Source: a virus. From it: a stretch of DNA of 64,000 nucleotides. Shown piece by piece: positions 39,800-48,797 of this stretch. The notes under the pieces were generated by a model. The model made no database searches, was not told the origin of the DNA, and saw only the letters and a list, made by a program, of their open reading frames with translations. The translations under genes and the position numbers were made by a program. The stretch is from positions 43,986-107,985 of IMG/VR virus record IMGVR_UViG_3300045391_004889. One strand, written 5' to 3'. The first letter of the stretch is position 1, and every line of letters starts with the position of its first letter.

Positions 39800-40731
39800 C
39801 TGCACTCCTGGCACCGCCACTCCGACGACATCATCGCCTCGTTGAGCACGTACCAGCAGTTGAGACACAGCTTGAACTGTGGCTGCGCCAGTCGCGGCAC
39901 GTTGGTACGGTACCACCGTTCCGCCGTGCTGCTGGCGATCGAGCCGTCGCCCGTGGCGAGCTTGCGCGCCATCTGGGTGATCGCCTGGAAGTTCTGCCAC
40001 GGCATCATGTGCTCGGTGACGCGGTCAGTCAGCGCGGGTGGGACGCTGATGTCCACCGGCACCCCGACTCCCTGGTCCACGATGCGCTGAGCCTCGGCCA
40101 CGTCACGCTCGTAGAGGTGCTGGCTGCCGATGGCGTGGGTATATGACCCGACCTTGACGCCGAGGCACGCAGCCACCACCATCTGGAGACGGCTGAACAT
40201 CAGCCAGTCGTACGGGATGCCCAGGTAGACGTCGGAGCTCCGCATGTTGACACGCAGGTGGAGCTCACCGTCACGCAGCAGGAACTGACCACCTGTGGTG
40301 CACGGGACGTCGTGAGTGACGACCTCGTGCTCCTCGCCGTTCCAGATGGTGAAGTATGCCTGCCTGGTCTGCGGCTGGCTCTGCAGGAGGTGCACGACCT
40401 GCTGGAGCTGGCGGTACAGCCGTGGGCCGTAGGCACCCCTGAGCCTGCCTCCGTCGGCGAACTGGGAGAACCTACCCCCGGATGCCTGGTCAAGCTGCTC
40501 AAGGCTGCTGAGGCCCGCCAGCAGGTGCAGCGTCTCGGTTGCCGCGATGCGGCGGTTGAACCGTCGGGCGGTACCGGCCACGTGAGCCTGGGTGCCATCC
40601 TTGACGGTCACGGTGACGTTGAGCAGTTCCCGGGTGTCGAACCCACGTGGTGCTGACCCGGTGTCACTCTCAAGCAGGGCGGCGAGAAGCTGGACGTACG
40701 CCTCTCGCCCCGTGTCGGTCACGAGCTCCAC
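39796..40731 (-). CDS. thymidylate synthase homologue, probable dCMP hydroxymethylase or methylase
   Basis: YGPRL, DVPCT, MRSSD, GIPYD (Asp where dUMP enzymes have Asn), SQHLYE. Confidence 0.8.
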   Translation of the reverse strand: MELVTDTGREAYVQLLAALLESDTGSAPRGFDTRELLNVTVTVKDGTQAHVAGTARRFNRRIAATETLHLLAGLSSLEQLDQASGGRFSQFADGGRLRGAYGPRLYRQLQQVVHLLQSQPQTRQAYFTIWNGEEHEVVTHDVPCTTGGQFLLRDGELHLRVNMRSSDVYLGIPYDWLMFSRLQMVVAACLGVKVGSYTHAIGSQHLYERDVAEAQRIVDQGVGVPVDISVPPALTDRVTEHMMPWQNFQAITQMARKLATGDGSIASSTAERWYRTNVPRLAQPQFKLCLNCWYVLNEAMMSSEWRCQECS

Positions 40732-41687
40732 TGTGCGGCCTCCTGAATCGTCTGGGCGTATTCAGCGAGCTCACTGTGGTGGAAACGCTTCCACCACTGA
40801 GGGTGCGGGATCTTGGTGTGCTTCACCAACGCACGGTCGAGCGCCTGGCTGGCGTGGTTGCCGAGTGCCACGATGTTCAGGCTGTACGGCACCTCGTGGA
40901 GCTTGACGAGCCTCGTGCCGTCCTCGTTGGCGTTGAGGATGCCCACGCCCCGGTGCATCTTGGCCTGGACCAGCGCCCGCATGAGGTACAAGGCGGACCC
41001 TGCCTGGTCCCACGGGGTGAAGGCTCGGGGAAACTCGAGCCGCGCTCTGGGACCGTCGTTGCGTTGGTCACCCACGAGCAGCACACCTGGTGCCACGCTA
41101 CCGACGTAGCCGGGCAGCCGGTGCGGTGAACCGTCGTACGGCTCCTCGTCGTACGACATGGCCTGCGCCGCGTTCAGCATGAACGTCGTGCTGAGGTTGG
41201 ACGCGCGGTGATAGCCGTAGGTCTTGGCGTGGTTCTCGTACCAGTCGTGGACCTGAGCCACGTGATCCAACCGCAGAAAGTCCTCGCCCCGCTCCTTGAG
41301 CCGGGTTGTCACCTCCGCCGGGTCCTCCGGCTGCACCAACAGCTTGAGAGCACCCAGAGCGGAGAGCAGCATCTCGATGTGGAGCATTCCGGCGTCATCG
41401 ATGCGTCCGCCACCGCGGTACAGCTGACCGTAGATGATCTCCCCGGCGTGCCACCGGTCCATCACCACCAGGTGATGACGAGAGTGGATCATGCGGAGCA
41501 TCTTGGGCTCCTCGAGCGGGAGCTCGTACTCCTGGAAGGCATCCAGGCCGGGTTCCGGCTGTCCCTTGTGGGTGACCACCGTACGCACCAGAGCCGGGTG
41601 CGGGTGTCGGGCACCGTGTGTCGCCACGAGCTGTCGGACCAGGGTGGACTTGCCACCGCCGTCCACGCCCTCACAGATGATCAGCAA
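40719..41687 (-). CDS. dNMP kinase fused to a UDG-superfamily domain
   Basis: EGVDGGGKST, MDRWH; C-terminal LLVGDQ, IVALGNHA, PHP. Confidence 0.75.
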   Translation of the reverse strand: MLIICEGVDGGGKSTLVRQLVATHGARHPHPALVRTVVTHKGQPEPGLDAFQEYELPLEEPKMLRMIHSRHHLVVMDRWHAGEIIYGQLYRGGGRIDDAGMLHIEMLLSALGALKLLVQPEDPAEVTTRLKERGEDFLRLDHVAQVHDWYENHAKTYGYHRASNLSTTFMLNAAQAMSYDEEPYDGSPHRLPGYVGSVAPGVLLVGDQRNDGPRARLEFPRAFTPWDQAGSALYLMRALVQAKMHRGVGILNANEDGTRLVKLHEVPYSLNIVALGNHASQALDRALVKHTKIPHPQWWKRFHHSELAEYAQTIQEAAQWSS

Positions 41688-41747
41688 CCGGCACTTCCCT
41701 TCTCGCTTCAGGGGCAAACCTACCAGGTGAGACACGTCTGAGACAGA

Positions 41748-42104
41748 CTAGTCCTCGTCCTTGACCGACGTCTCAAGCCTCTCGTCGGGCTGCTGAGCCA
41801 GGCTGGTGAGCAGCCTGTCCCGGTCCTCCTGGGTCACCTCCTGGTAGGCACCAGGCAGGCCGAGCACGTCCAGGACGTGACCCAGGTAGTCGACATCCCG
41901 GCGGTGATTCGGGTGCCCGCAGCCGGGACCCGAGCACGCGTGCTGGTTGCACATCCGCCTGACCCTCGTCGCCGCCATGTGTCGTATGACGTCGGTGGCG
42001 TCGAGGTTGGACTGCCGCGCGTCAGCCTGGGTACCCGAGGTGACGACGACGCCGGTGAGCGACGCCACCTCCCCGGGACTCAGCTGGGTGGTGATGTCGC
42101 TCAC
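41748..42104 (-). CDS. hypothetical protein
   Basis: ORF with GGAG RBS. Confidence 0.55.
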   Translation of the reverse strand: MSDITTQLSPGEVASLTGVVVTSGTQADARQSNLDATDVIRHMAATRVRRMCNQHACSGPGCGHPNHRRDVDYLGHVLDVLGLPGAYQEVTQEDRDRLLTSLAQQPDERLETSVKDED

Positions 42105-42123
42105 CGGCTTCTCCGCTTCGTGA

Positions 42124-43479
42124 TCAGTTGAAGAGCTTCATGGCGGCGCTGAAGGCGTCGAACTTGGCCCTCAGCTCGTCCCGCTCCTTGGTGACCTCCG
42201 CGAGCTTGACCTCCAGCTTGCGGAGCTCCGCGTTCTCGGCGGACAGGACGTCCACCCGGCGCTGGAGTGCCTCCAGCTCCTGCTGACGCAGCGTGTTGTT
42301 GCCCAGGTCGGCCAGCAGAGCGCGGAGGTTGGCCGCGTGCTGCTCGGCGGTCAGGGTGGCGTCCGAGGGAGCGGCGCTCGCCGCCTGCTCGGTCTTCATC
42401 TCGAAAACCTGGGACACCAGGGTACTGGGTGCGGCGGCCGTGGTCGCCACCTCCTTCGGGGTGGGAGTGACGCGCTCCAGACGGTAGCGCTTGGTGTGCG
42501 CGGAGCGGGTACCCTCCACGTAGGCGACCTCACGGGTCAGCCGGTAGCCCGAGTACGGGGTGGCGGTCAGCTTCGTGATGCCGTCCTTGACCGTCGCCCG
42601 GGTGATCGTCGGGTCGCCCTTGAGCGCCAGCTCCAGGATGTCGCCGACGGTGAGGCCGAGCTCCGATGTGTCGCCCTTGATGACGTCCACGAGCAGGCGC
42701 TTGACCTCGCCGATGGTGACCTTGCGACCGTACTTCCGCGGGTCGAAGAGGGTGACGGTGCCGTCCTGGTTCACCCGGAACCCGTGGCTGCGCTCGTGAG
42801 CCGCGCGTCCCTGGTGGTTGGTCATGGGCGGCTGGCTGCACTTGGCGTCGTGCACCACCTCCGAGAAGCGGCACGGCAGCTGGAGCTTGCCGTCCACCTC
42901 GTTGCCGTCGTCCTCCTCGTCCGGCTCCTGGTCCACCGGGGTCTCGTCCTCCACCGGGGTCACGGCAGGCTCCATGAAGCCCGTCGGGATCGCCGGGGTG
43001 GGATCAGGCACCGGGACGTCGAGGACGTCCGAGGCGTTGACCTCGGGCACCGACGGGGTGCTGTCCTGGAACTCCGTCGCACCCAGGTCCGGCTCGTCGG
43101 GGAGCTTGACGTTGCGAACGTCGAGCACCGACCAGTGCTCGGCGACCCACCACACCGAGGTGGACGTGGTTCCACCGTTGCGGAGGCACACGAGGTTGCC
43201 GCTGTCCCGCATGTAGCGGTTCAGCGCCATCTTGATGCGCTCCGCCTCCTTCCGCTCCACGAGGTAGCGGTCGGTGAGGGCCGGCCAGATCCGGTTGACC
43301 AGCTCGTTGACGGAGCCCGTCCACTCGCGCCCCGGCTGCCCGTTGCGCTTGCGCTCACGGCCGTGCTTGTACCCGGCCGTGTTCCGGATCATCTCCCAGA
43401 TCATCCACGCTTCGGTGTTGATCTCCTTGCTGTCGACATCGGGGAGCTTGGGTGCCCCGACATCCATCTGAGATGCCAT
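42124..43479 (-). CDS. multidomain putative DNA-binding protein (C2H2-like motif, coiled coil)
   Basis: Own promoter, GAGG RBS; C..C..HERSH. Confidence 0.6.
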   Translation of the reverse strand: MASQMDVGAPKLPDVDSKEINTEAWMIWEMIRNTAGYKHGRERKRNGQPGREWTGSVNELVNRIWPALTDRYLVERKEAERIKMALNRYMRDSGNLVCLRNGGTTSTSVWWVAEHWSVLDVRNVKLPDEPDLGATEFQDSTPSVPEVNASDVLDVPVPDPTPAIPTGFMEPAVTPVEDETPVDQEPDEEDDGNEVDGKLQLPCRFSEVVHDAKCSQPPMTNHQGRAAHERSHGFRVNQDGTVTLFDPRKYGRKVTIGEVKRLLVDVIKGDTSELGLTVGDILELALKGDPTITRATVKDGITKLTATPYSGYRLTREVAYVEGTRSAHTKRYRLERVTPTPKEVATTAAAPSTLVSQVFEMKTEQAASAAPSDATLTAEQHAANLRALLADLGNNTLRQQELEALQRRVDVLSAENAELRKLEVKLAEVTKERDELRAKFDAFSAAMKLFN

Positions 43480-43554
43480 CTTGTCCTCTCTTCCTGGTCG
43501 TTCCTGGTGCATCGTATCAGCTGCAGACTCAAATGTCCACAAGTTCAACGAGCG

Positions 43555-43628
43555 GTGTCCCTGGTGGGAGTCGAACCCACAACCTCCGCCTTTTGAGGGC
43601 GGCGCCTCTGCCGTTGGGCCACAGGGAC
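43555..43628 (-). tRNA. tRNA-Leu(CAA), short variable loop
   Basis: CCGCC-CTCAAAA-GGCGG; GGTTCGACTCC. Confidence 0.85.
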
Positions 43629-43642
43629 GACTGAGCAGTGTA

Positions 43643-43906
43643 TCAGTTGAGCTTCTGCAGTCGGCCGTCTCGCGTGGCGGCGTCGATCTCGATCGCCACC
43701 TCGTTCATGTTGCCGAAGCCGAGGAACAACCAGTGCGTGATGGCCTGAAGAGAGCCGGAGACGAGCACCTCGGCGGTGTCACCCTGGTCCTTCGTGAGCG
43801 TGACGTTGACGATGCCACCGTGGTGTCCGAGCCTGCCGTGGATCCCGATCGTCTTGCTGAGCGGCTGCTCGTCGGTGACGTCCACGCCGGTGAGGAGCTG
43901 GTACAT
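43643..43906 (-). CDS. hypothetical protein
   Basis: Behind a hairpin promoter and AGGAA leader. Confidence 0.6.
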   Translation of the reverse strand: MYQLLTGVDVTDEQPLSKTIGIHGRLGHHGGIVNVTLTKDQGDTAEVLVSGSLQAITHWLFLGFGNMNEVAIEIDAATRDGRLQKLN

Positions 43907-43998
43907 GGCGATCTCTCTTCCTGCTTCGCTTCCTGCTTGCCTGCTGAGATCAGGTTACCAGCCTGAGGGTGCTTTGTAAACACCCTCAGGCTGGAACC

Positions 43999-44427
43999 TC
44001 AGTGAACTCCCATGCGACGGCGAAGCACGACCATCGACGCCTTGACCGCGTCCACGTCCTGGGTGAGCCACCGCACCTTGTCCCACTCGGTGTGGTGTAC
44101 CCACTCGAAGCCACCGTGCTCCCGAGGGTTCGGAGCGCCACGGGTGATGGTGCAGGCGAACACCCGCATTCGCATGCGGTCGTTGAGACGCCACTCACCG
44201 GGCACCCGCTCCAGGATGCGCACGCTGATGCCGAGCTCCTCCTTGAGCTCACGCTCCAGCGCCTGCTCGTGCCGCTCACCCGGCTCGAGCTTGCCACCGG
44301 GCAGCTCCCAGCCGTTTCGCAGGGTGATCGGGTAGGTTCGCTTGGCGGCGAGCAGCTTGCCCGCTCGCAGATCGAGGATGGCCCCGCCGGCCACCTGCTT
44401 CTGGTTGGGGGAACTCCACAAGCCCAC
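43999..44427 (-). CDS. MutT/NUDIX hydrolase
   Basis: WELPGGKLEPGE....ALERELKEELG. Confidence 0.88.
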   Translation of the reverse strand: MGLWSSPNQKQVAGGAILDLRAGKLLAAKRTYPITLRNGWELPGGKLEPGERHEQALERELKEELGISVRILERVPGEWRLNDRMRMRVFACTITRGAPNPREHGGFEWVHHTEWDKVRWLTQDVDAVKASMVVLRRRMGVH

Positions 44428-44463
44428 AGGCTTCTCCTTGTTCGGTTCGGACAGGGTGACAAC

Positions 44464-44670
44464 TCAGAACTCGTAGTCGTCCATCGTATCCTGAGCCAGC
44501 TTCACCCCCTTGGCCCAGGTGGCAGCGGTGGTGCTCAGCACCGACTTGTTGCTGCGCATGTTCACCACGTTGAGCTGCACGAGGCCGTCACGGTTGTTGA
44601 TCGTGGCGCGCAGGTGTCCCTTGGTCCAAGACAGGGACTTGTGCTCCTTGTTCTTGGTCACGACGTTCAC
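44464..44670 (-). CDS. hypothetical protein
   Basis: GAGGAGG RBS. Confidence 0.55.
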   Translation of the reverse strand: MNVVTKNKEHKSLSWTKGHLRATINNRDGLVQLNVVNMRSNKSVLSTTAATWAKGVKLAQDTMDDYEF

Positions 44671-44676
44671 CTCCTC

Positions 44677-44892
44677 TCAGATGAGCCACTTGATAAGGTC
44701 GAAGATCAGAACGAAGACGACGGCGAGGATCGCCATCACGAACGCGAAGAGGAGCAAGCAACACCCCAGTCCCGTCGTCACTGCGATCGTCGTGGCGAGT
44801 GGCCCCTCGTTTCCGGTGCCGTCCTCCATGGCGGAGGTGACTCGGTCACGGAGGGGCTTCTCGTACTTGCTGCTCACGTGTACCTCTCTCAC
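44677..44892 (-). CDS. small membrane protein
   Basis: Hydrophobic C-terminal half. Confidence 0.55.
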   Translation of the reverse strand: MREVHVSSKYEKPLRDRVTSAMEDGTGNEGPLATTIAVTTGLGCCLLLFAFVMAILAVVFVLIFDLIKWLI

Positions 44893-45383
44893 TGGAGGGC
44901 GAGGACGTCTCGCCGACGGAGCCGGCGGATGGCGACCCCACCCTCGGCCTTGCAGACGGCGCGCACCTGGCCAGACTCAGCCCGTGCCTTACCGAGCACC
45001 TTGCCGAACGGGTGGTTCAGGCCATCCGTGTTGAGCTCGACCTGGATGATCTCGTGACCGGTCTTGCTCTTGATGGACCACCAGTCGGTGATCTCGTCGG
45101 GGTCAGCCGGCGCGGGCAGCTCCAGCTGGAAGGTGCCGCGGTGCACGGTGTAGTGCGTGACGCGGTCGAGACGCAGGGTGCGGCGGTCGTGACGGAGGCG
45201 GCACATGACCACCAGGGTCAGCTCGCCGGCCTTCGTCTGACGGATGGAGTACGGCTCAACCGTGCGAACGGTCTCGTTCCCGTGCTCGTCGACGTAGGTG
45301 ACGGTGACCGGCTGCTTGCGGCTGATCGCCCTGTGGATGTTCAGCACCATCTCGAGCTCGGTCTCGTGCTTGGTCGTCCGCAT
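44889..45383 (-). CDS. stand-alone WYL-domain protein
   Basis: AI...V.V.Y....ETVRTVEPY...CRLRHDRRTLRLDRV. Confidence 0.8.
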   Translation of the reverse strand: MRTTKHETELEMVLNIHRAISRKQPVTVTYVDEHGNETVRTVEPYSIRQTKAGELTLVVMCRLRHDRRTLRLDRVTHYTVHRGTFQLELPAPADPDEITDWWSIKSKTGHEIIQVELNTDGLNHPFGKVLGKARAESGQVRAVCKAEGGVAIRRLRRRDVLALQ

Positions 45384-45421
45384 CTTCCTCGCCTCTTCCT
45401 CTTCCTGTTCCTTCCTGCTGG

Positions 45422-45712
45422 TTACAGCATACCAGTACACGAGCCGAATGTAAACAGCAAGCGTGCCCGTGCCTCACGTTCACGTTCCCGCTCACGGCGG
45501 TGGAGGATGACAGCATGCCGCACGCACGCGATGAGCGACCGGTCCAACCTGATGGCCAGGTCAGTGCGCTGGGTCCAGGTGTACCGGTCCCAGCGCTTGA
45601 GCAGCAGCTCGTCCTCCGCCTTGGTCCACTTGACCTGACGGTCCTTACCGGCGGGCAAGGTGCGACGGTTGTAGTGCCGCACCTTGCGCCAGTAGCGCTC
45701 TGATCCGGTCAC
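45422..45712 (-). CDS. hypothetical protein (Myb-like WTKAEDELL)
   Basis: ORF and motif. Confidence 0.5.
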   Translation of the reverse strand: MTGSERYWRKVRHYNRRTLPAGKDRQVKWTKAEDELLLKRWDRYTWTQRTDLAIRLDRSLIACVRHAVILHRREREREREARARLLFTFGSCTGML

Positions 45713-45715
45713 GTG

Positions 45716-46105
45716 CTACTTGTTCAGACGGAAGAACAGGAAGCGCGTGTTGCGACGGCCGAAGAGCACGGCGCCGAGACCTCGGTTCTCCACCAGCCCG
45801 AAGCCGTCGCCCTTCCACTTCTTGTTGTAGGCGTCCACCGCCGCGTCGGTCATGCCGCGGTTGCAGAGCTCCTCCCACTCCCGGTACGCCTGGGAGCGCT
45901 GACGGATCGGGACCTCCCGCCCGTTCTCCACGTTGCGGTCCGGGGTGCTGGACGACACCGGCTCGATGTTCCGGCCGGGGTGGACGTTGCCGGTGTAGCC
46001 GACGCCCTCGATGTGGACGCCCTTGTGGCTGTCGTACGTGCCGACGGTGCCCTTGTACTTGCCGCTGGTGATGCGGACCTTGTCACCGTGTCGGGCTCGT
46101 TCCAC
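45716..46105 (-). CDS. hypothetical protein with KOW/SH3-like N-terminus
   Basis: GDKVRITSGKYKGTVG. Confidence 0.55.
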   Translation of the reverse strand: MERARHGDKVRITSGKYKGTVGTYDSHKGVHIEGVGYTGNVHPGRNIEPVSSSTPDRNVENGREVPIRQRSQAYREWEELCNRGMTDAAVDAYNKKWKGDGFGLVENRGLGAVLFGRRNTRFLFFRLNK

Positions 46106-46209
46106 GACGTTCTCCGTTCTCTTCGTTCATTCCTAAGCGGTGAGCCTGGTCGGCTCCCCGCGCCGCGCCACGGGTGATGAGCACCTGCGACGCAGCGCGG
46201 CGAGCCGCG

Positions 46210-46725
46210 TCAGATCCGGTCGACGACCGTCACCGCGTTCTTGATGCCGTCGTCCACGCTCGCCGCGATGGCGAGAAGACGCTGACCGGGACCGCTGATG
46301 AGCCCGGTGCCGTTGGGGGACGTGGTCTTCGGGTTGCGGAGCTTGTCCACAACCGCGTTGGCGTCGGCGCACACGTGAACCGTGTGCCGGTCCGCCTCCA
46401 GGTCGATCGTAGGCGTACCCGCGAGGTCCTCAGGCTCCGGCGGGGAGCACCGCTGGCACGGCTCCAGCTCCTCCAGGAACTCCGACGTCAGGCTGGACAC
46501 CTGGGTCGGGACACCCGAGTTGCACTGGCTGTCGTGCTCGTGAAACACCACGCTTCGGCCGACGATGCTGAGCACGTACCGGCCGTCATCGACCTTGTAC
46601 AGCTCCATCTCCGTCCAGCGCGGGTTCCGGTCGGTCTCGGTGCTCACGTCACTGAGCATCGTGCCCTCAAACTCGAGGGTGCGGCTCGCGTCTCGGACGC
46701 GAATGGTCTGGGGTTGGTTTGTCAC
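46210..46725 (-). CDS. hypothetical protein
   Basis: Promoter plus RBS; RWTEMELY. Confidence 0.6.
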   Translation of the reverse strand: MTNQPQTIRVRDASRTLEFEGTMLSDVSTETDRNPRWTEMELYKVDDGRYVLSIVGRSVVFHEHDSQCNSGVPTQVSSLTSEFLEELEPCQRCSPPEPEDLAGTPTIDLEADRHTVHVCADANAVVDKLRNPKTTSPNGTGLISGPGQRLLAIAASVDDGIKNAVTVVDRI

Positions 46726-46789
46726 GGTTGTGCCTCTCTTCTCGTCAATTCCTGGCTCTCACGTTACCAGATGAAGATCTCCCTGTGAA

Positions 46790-47209
46790 CTAGCGCTCTT
46801 CCGCGAAGCGGCGCAGCTGCTGCAGGCTACGGTTCATGAGCTCGAGACGGCTGTAGCACCGCTTGAGCATGTGCATGTCCTCGGTGTACCCGAGGGTGCG
46901 GTAGTTGCCGAGAATCCACCGGCCACGGGCACGCCCGTTGAGGTCCAGCTTCCAGCAGACGCTGAGCAGGACGCTGCGCTCCTCGAGCGTCAGCGCGTTG
47001 TTGCCCAGCTCCTGGGGCACCGGGATGGTGACCGTCAGCATCACGTTCTTCGACGCCGGGATCATCACCTCGCCGTTGTGCTCGAAGTACACGGCCTCCG
47101 AGTTGACGACGCGCGTCTCCACGGTCAGGTCCAGTGCCTGGGCGGCGGCGCGGAAGTCGTCCGCACCCTTGATGCCGGTGCTCTCCTGCTTGTCACTCAC
47201 GGTGATCAT
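46790..47209 (-). CDS. hypothetical protein
   Basis: Promoter plus AGGAA leader. Confidence 0.6.
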   Translation of the reverse strand: MITVSDKQESTGIKGADDFRAAAQALDLTVETRVVNSEAVYFEHNGEVMIPASKNVMLTVTIPVPQELGNNALTLEERSVLLSVCWKLDLNGRARGRWILGNYRTLGYTEDMHMLKRCYSRLELMNRSLQQLRRFAEER

Positions 47210-47277
47210 CTCTCTTCCTCTTCCTGTTCCTGCCTGCTGAGTACATAGTACCAGACCAAGGCCTGGGGGTACACAGC

Positions 47278-47317
47278 TGGGTCCCGTTCGTCTTCAACGA
47301 ACGACGAACGGGACCCA
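47278..47317 (-). terminator. hairpin terminator
   Basis: TGGGTCCCGTTCGTC...GACGAACGGGACCCA. Confidence 0.6.
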
Positions 47318-47339
47318 CGTGCCGTGCTCTCCGCCACGA

Positions 47340-47564
47340 TCAGCTGGCGCGCAGCAGGTCCTTCTCGTAGAGGTAGCGGTCGGCGACCTCGACGTGGTCC
47401 GGGGTGACGGTCTCCCAACCACCGGTCATCGCGGCGTCGGCGCCCTTCGTGCCGGTGTAGCCGACGCGGGTGTGGTCGTTGAAGTACACGAAGCCGAACG
47501 GCACCTCGGTGGTCCCACGGTTGTCGTGGTTGATGACGCGAAGGTTGTTGATCTCGGTGTCCAC
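47340..47564 (-). CDS. hypothetical protein
   Basis: GGAAGG RBS, GTG start. Confidence 0.55.
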   Translation of the reverse strand: MDTEINNLRVINHDNRGTTEVPFGFVYFNDHTRVGYTGTKGADAAMTGGWETVTPDHVEVADRYLYEKDLLRAS

Positions 47565-47602
47565 GTGCTGTCCTTCCCTGGGTGTGGTCGGTTGACGGTG
47601 AC

Positions 47603-47818
47603 TCAGAAGATCACGGTGATGGCGAGCACCATCCCCGCGACCCCGATGATCCAGCCGGCGATCGTGAGGAACCCGCTGTCGACGTGGGAATCCAGATGAG
47701 CGAGCGCCGCGCCGAGCAGCATCGCGCCGAGAGCGACCGCGAGCTGCCCCCACCACGGAAGGTTGCTCACGTCGGTCTGCAGGTTCCCGTCAGCGAGGGT
47801 CACGAGCTGTGGGTTCAA
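47603..47818 (-). CDS. small 2-TM membrane protein
   Basis: AGGAGG RBS, TTG start. Confidence 0.6.
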   Translation of the reverse strand: MNPQLVTLADGNLQTDVSNLPWWGQLAVALGAMLLGAALAHLDSHVDSGFLTIAGWIIGVAGMVLAITVIF

Positions 47819-47828
47819 GGTGTTCCTC

Positions 47829-48164
47829 CTACTTGACTGTCCAGAAGGGGATGGACACGTTCGGGACGGCGCCGAAGACCTGGTTGTTCTCAACCTTGAC
47901 GATGCCGCGGATCTGACCCTCCACCTGGATGTCGTTGACACCCGCGTAGATGCCGACCCGGCGACCCACCTGCCAGTCTCGCAGCCACCTGGTGGCAGCC
48001 ACGATGACGAAGCCGGCGAGGTTCTGGCTCTGCGGCAAGTTGGTGCGCGTCACGCTGACCACATACATGATGTGCTTCGGGTCGTAGTGCTTGCCGCCCC
48101 TGGCGAACATCGGGTGCACTCGGACGTTGTGCCGAGTCACGTGAGGAATCTCCGGCCTGGCCAT
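47829..48164 (-). CDS. hypothetical protein
   Basis: Promoter plus AGGAA leader. Confidence 0.6.
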   Translation of the reverse strand: MARPEIPHVTRHNVRVHPMFARGGKHYDPKHIMYVVSVTRTNLPQSQNLAGFVIVAATRWLRDWQVGRRVGIYAGVNDIQVEGQIRGIVKVENNQVFGAVPNVSIPFWTVK

Positions 48165-48236
48165 GTCACCCTTCTTTCCTGTTCCTGTTCCTGACGAGAC
48201 CCAGGTTACCAGACCCTGGGTCTCGTGTAAACACCC

Positions 48237-48647
48237 TCAGAGTTGCGTGCGCTTCGGGTTGGCGGTGAACGTCACCGGTGCGAGCTTCTCCTGGATCTCC
48301 AGGAGCGCGGTGGCCTGGACCGACGTGACCTCGAAGTCGCAGTCCTCACACAGCGTGACCGGCGTCTTGGCCATCCCGGTGCGACCGCAACGGTTGCACC
48401 GCTCGTCGTGGCAGGCGTCCGGGTTGGCCATCTTGAGCACCTCGAGAGCGGTCTCGAGATCGTTGTCACAGTGCTCGCGGAGCACCCAGAGAGCCAGCGT
48501 CGCGAGTGGCCCGGTGACGGTGAAGTCCACGTGGGTGTCGTCGTTCTCCCGCGTCTTCACGTCGCCGGTCAGACCGGGGTAGCGGTCCAGGTAGGCACGC
48601 CGCTTCACGGAGTCGGTGCGCCAGATGACTTGAAGGCTGTGGTTCAC
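48237..48647 (-). CDS. hypothetical protein with zinc finger
   Basis: CNRC..CEDC; first gene of the leftward arm. Confidence 0.6.
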   Translation of the reverse strand: MNHSLQVIWRTDSVKRRAYLDRYPGLTGDVKTRENDDTHVDFTVTGPLATLALWVLREHCDNDLETALEVLKMANPDACHDERCNRCGRTGMAKTPVTLCEDCDFEVTSVQATALLEIQEKLAPVTFTANPKRTQL

Positions 48648-48684
48648 GTCTCTTCCTTCCCTTCCTGTTCGGTTGCTGGGCCGA

Positions 48685-48757
48685 CCTTATACCTACGTAG
48701 GCGAGAATGTACACACCCAAGCGATTGTGGACATTTGTGATCAGGTCTGGTAAGGTA
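48685..48757. promoter_or_regulatory. back-to-back sigma70-like promoters at the strand switch
   Basis: Minus strand TGTACA..TATAAG region; plus strand TGGACA-17-TAAGGT. Confidence 0.65.
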
Positions 48758-48797
48758 GGCTTCAGCAGGAACAGGAAGCGACTTCCCTGGAGGGAAC

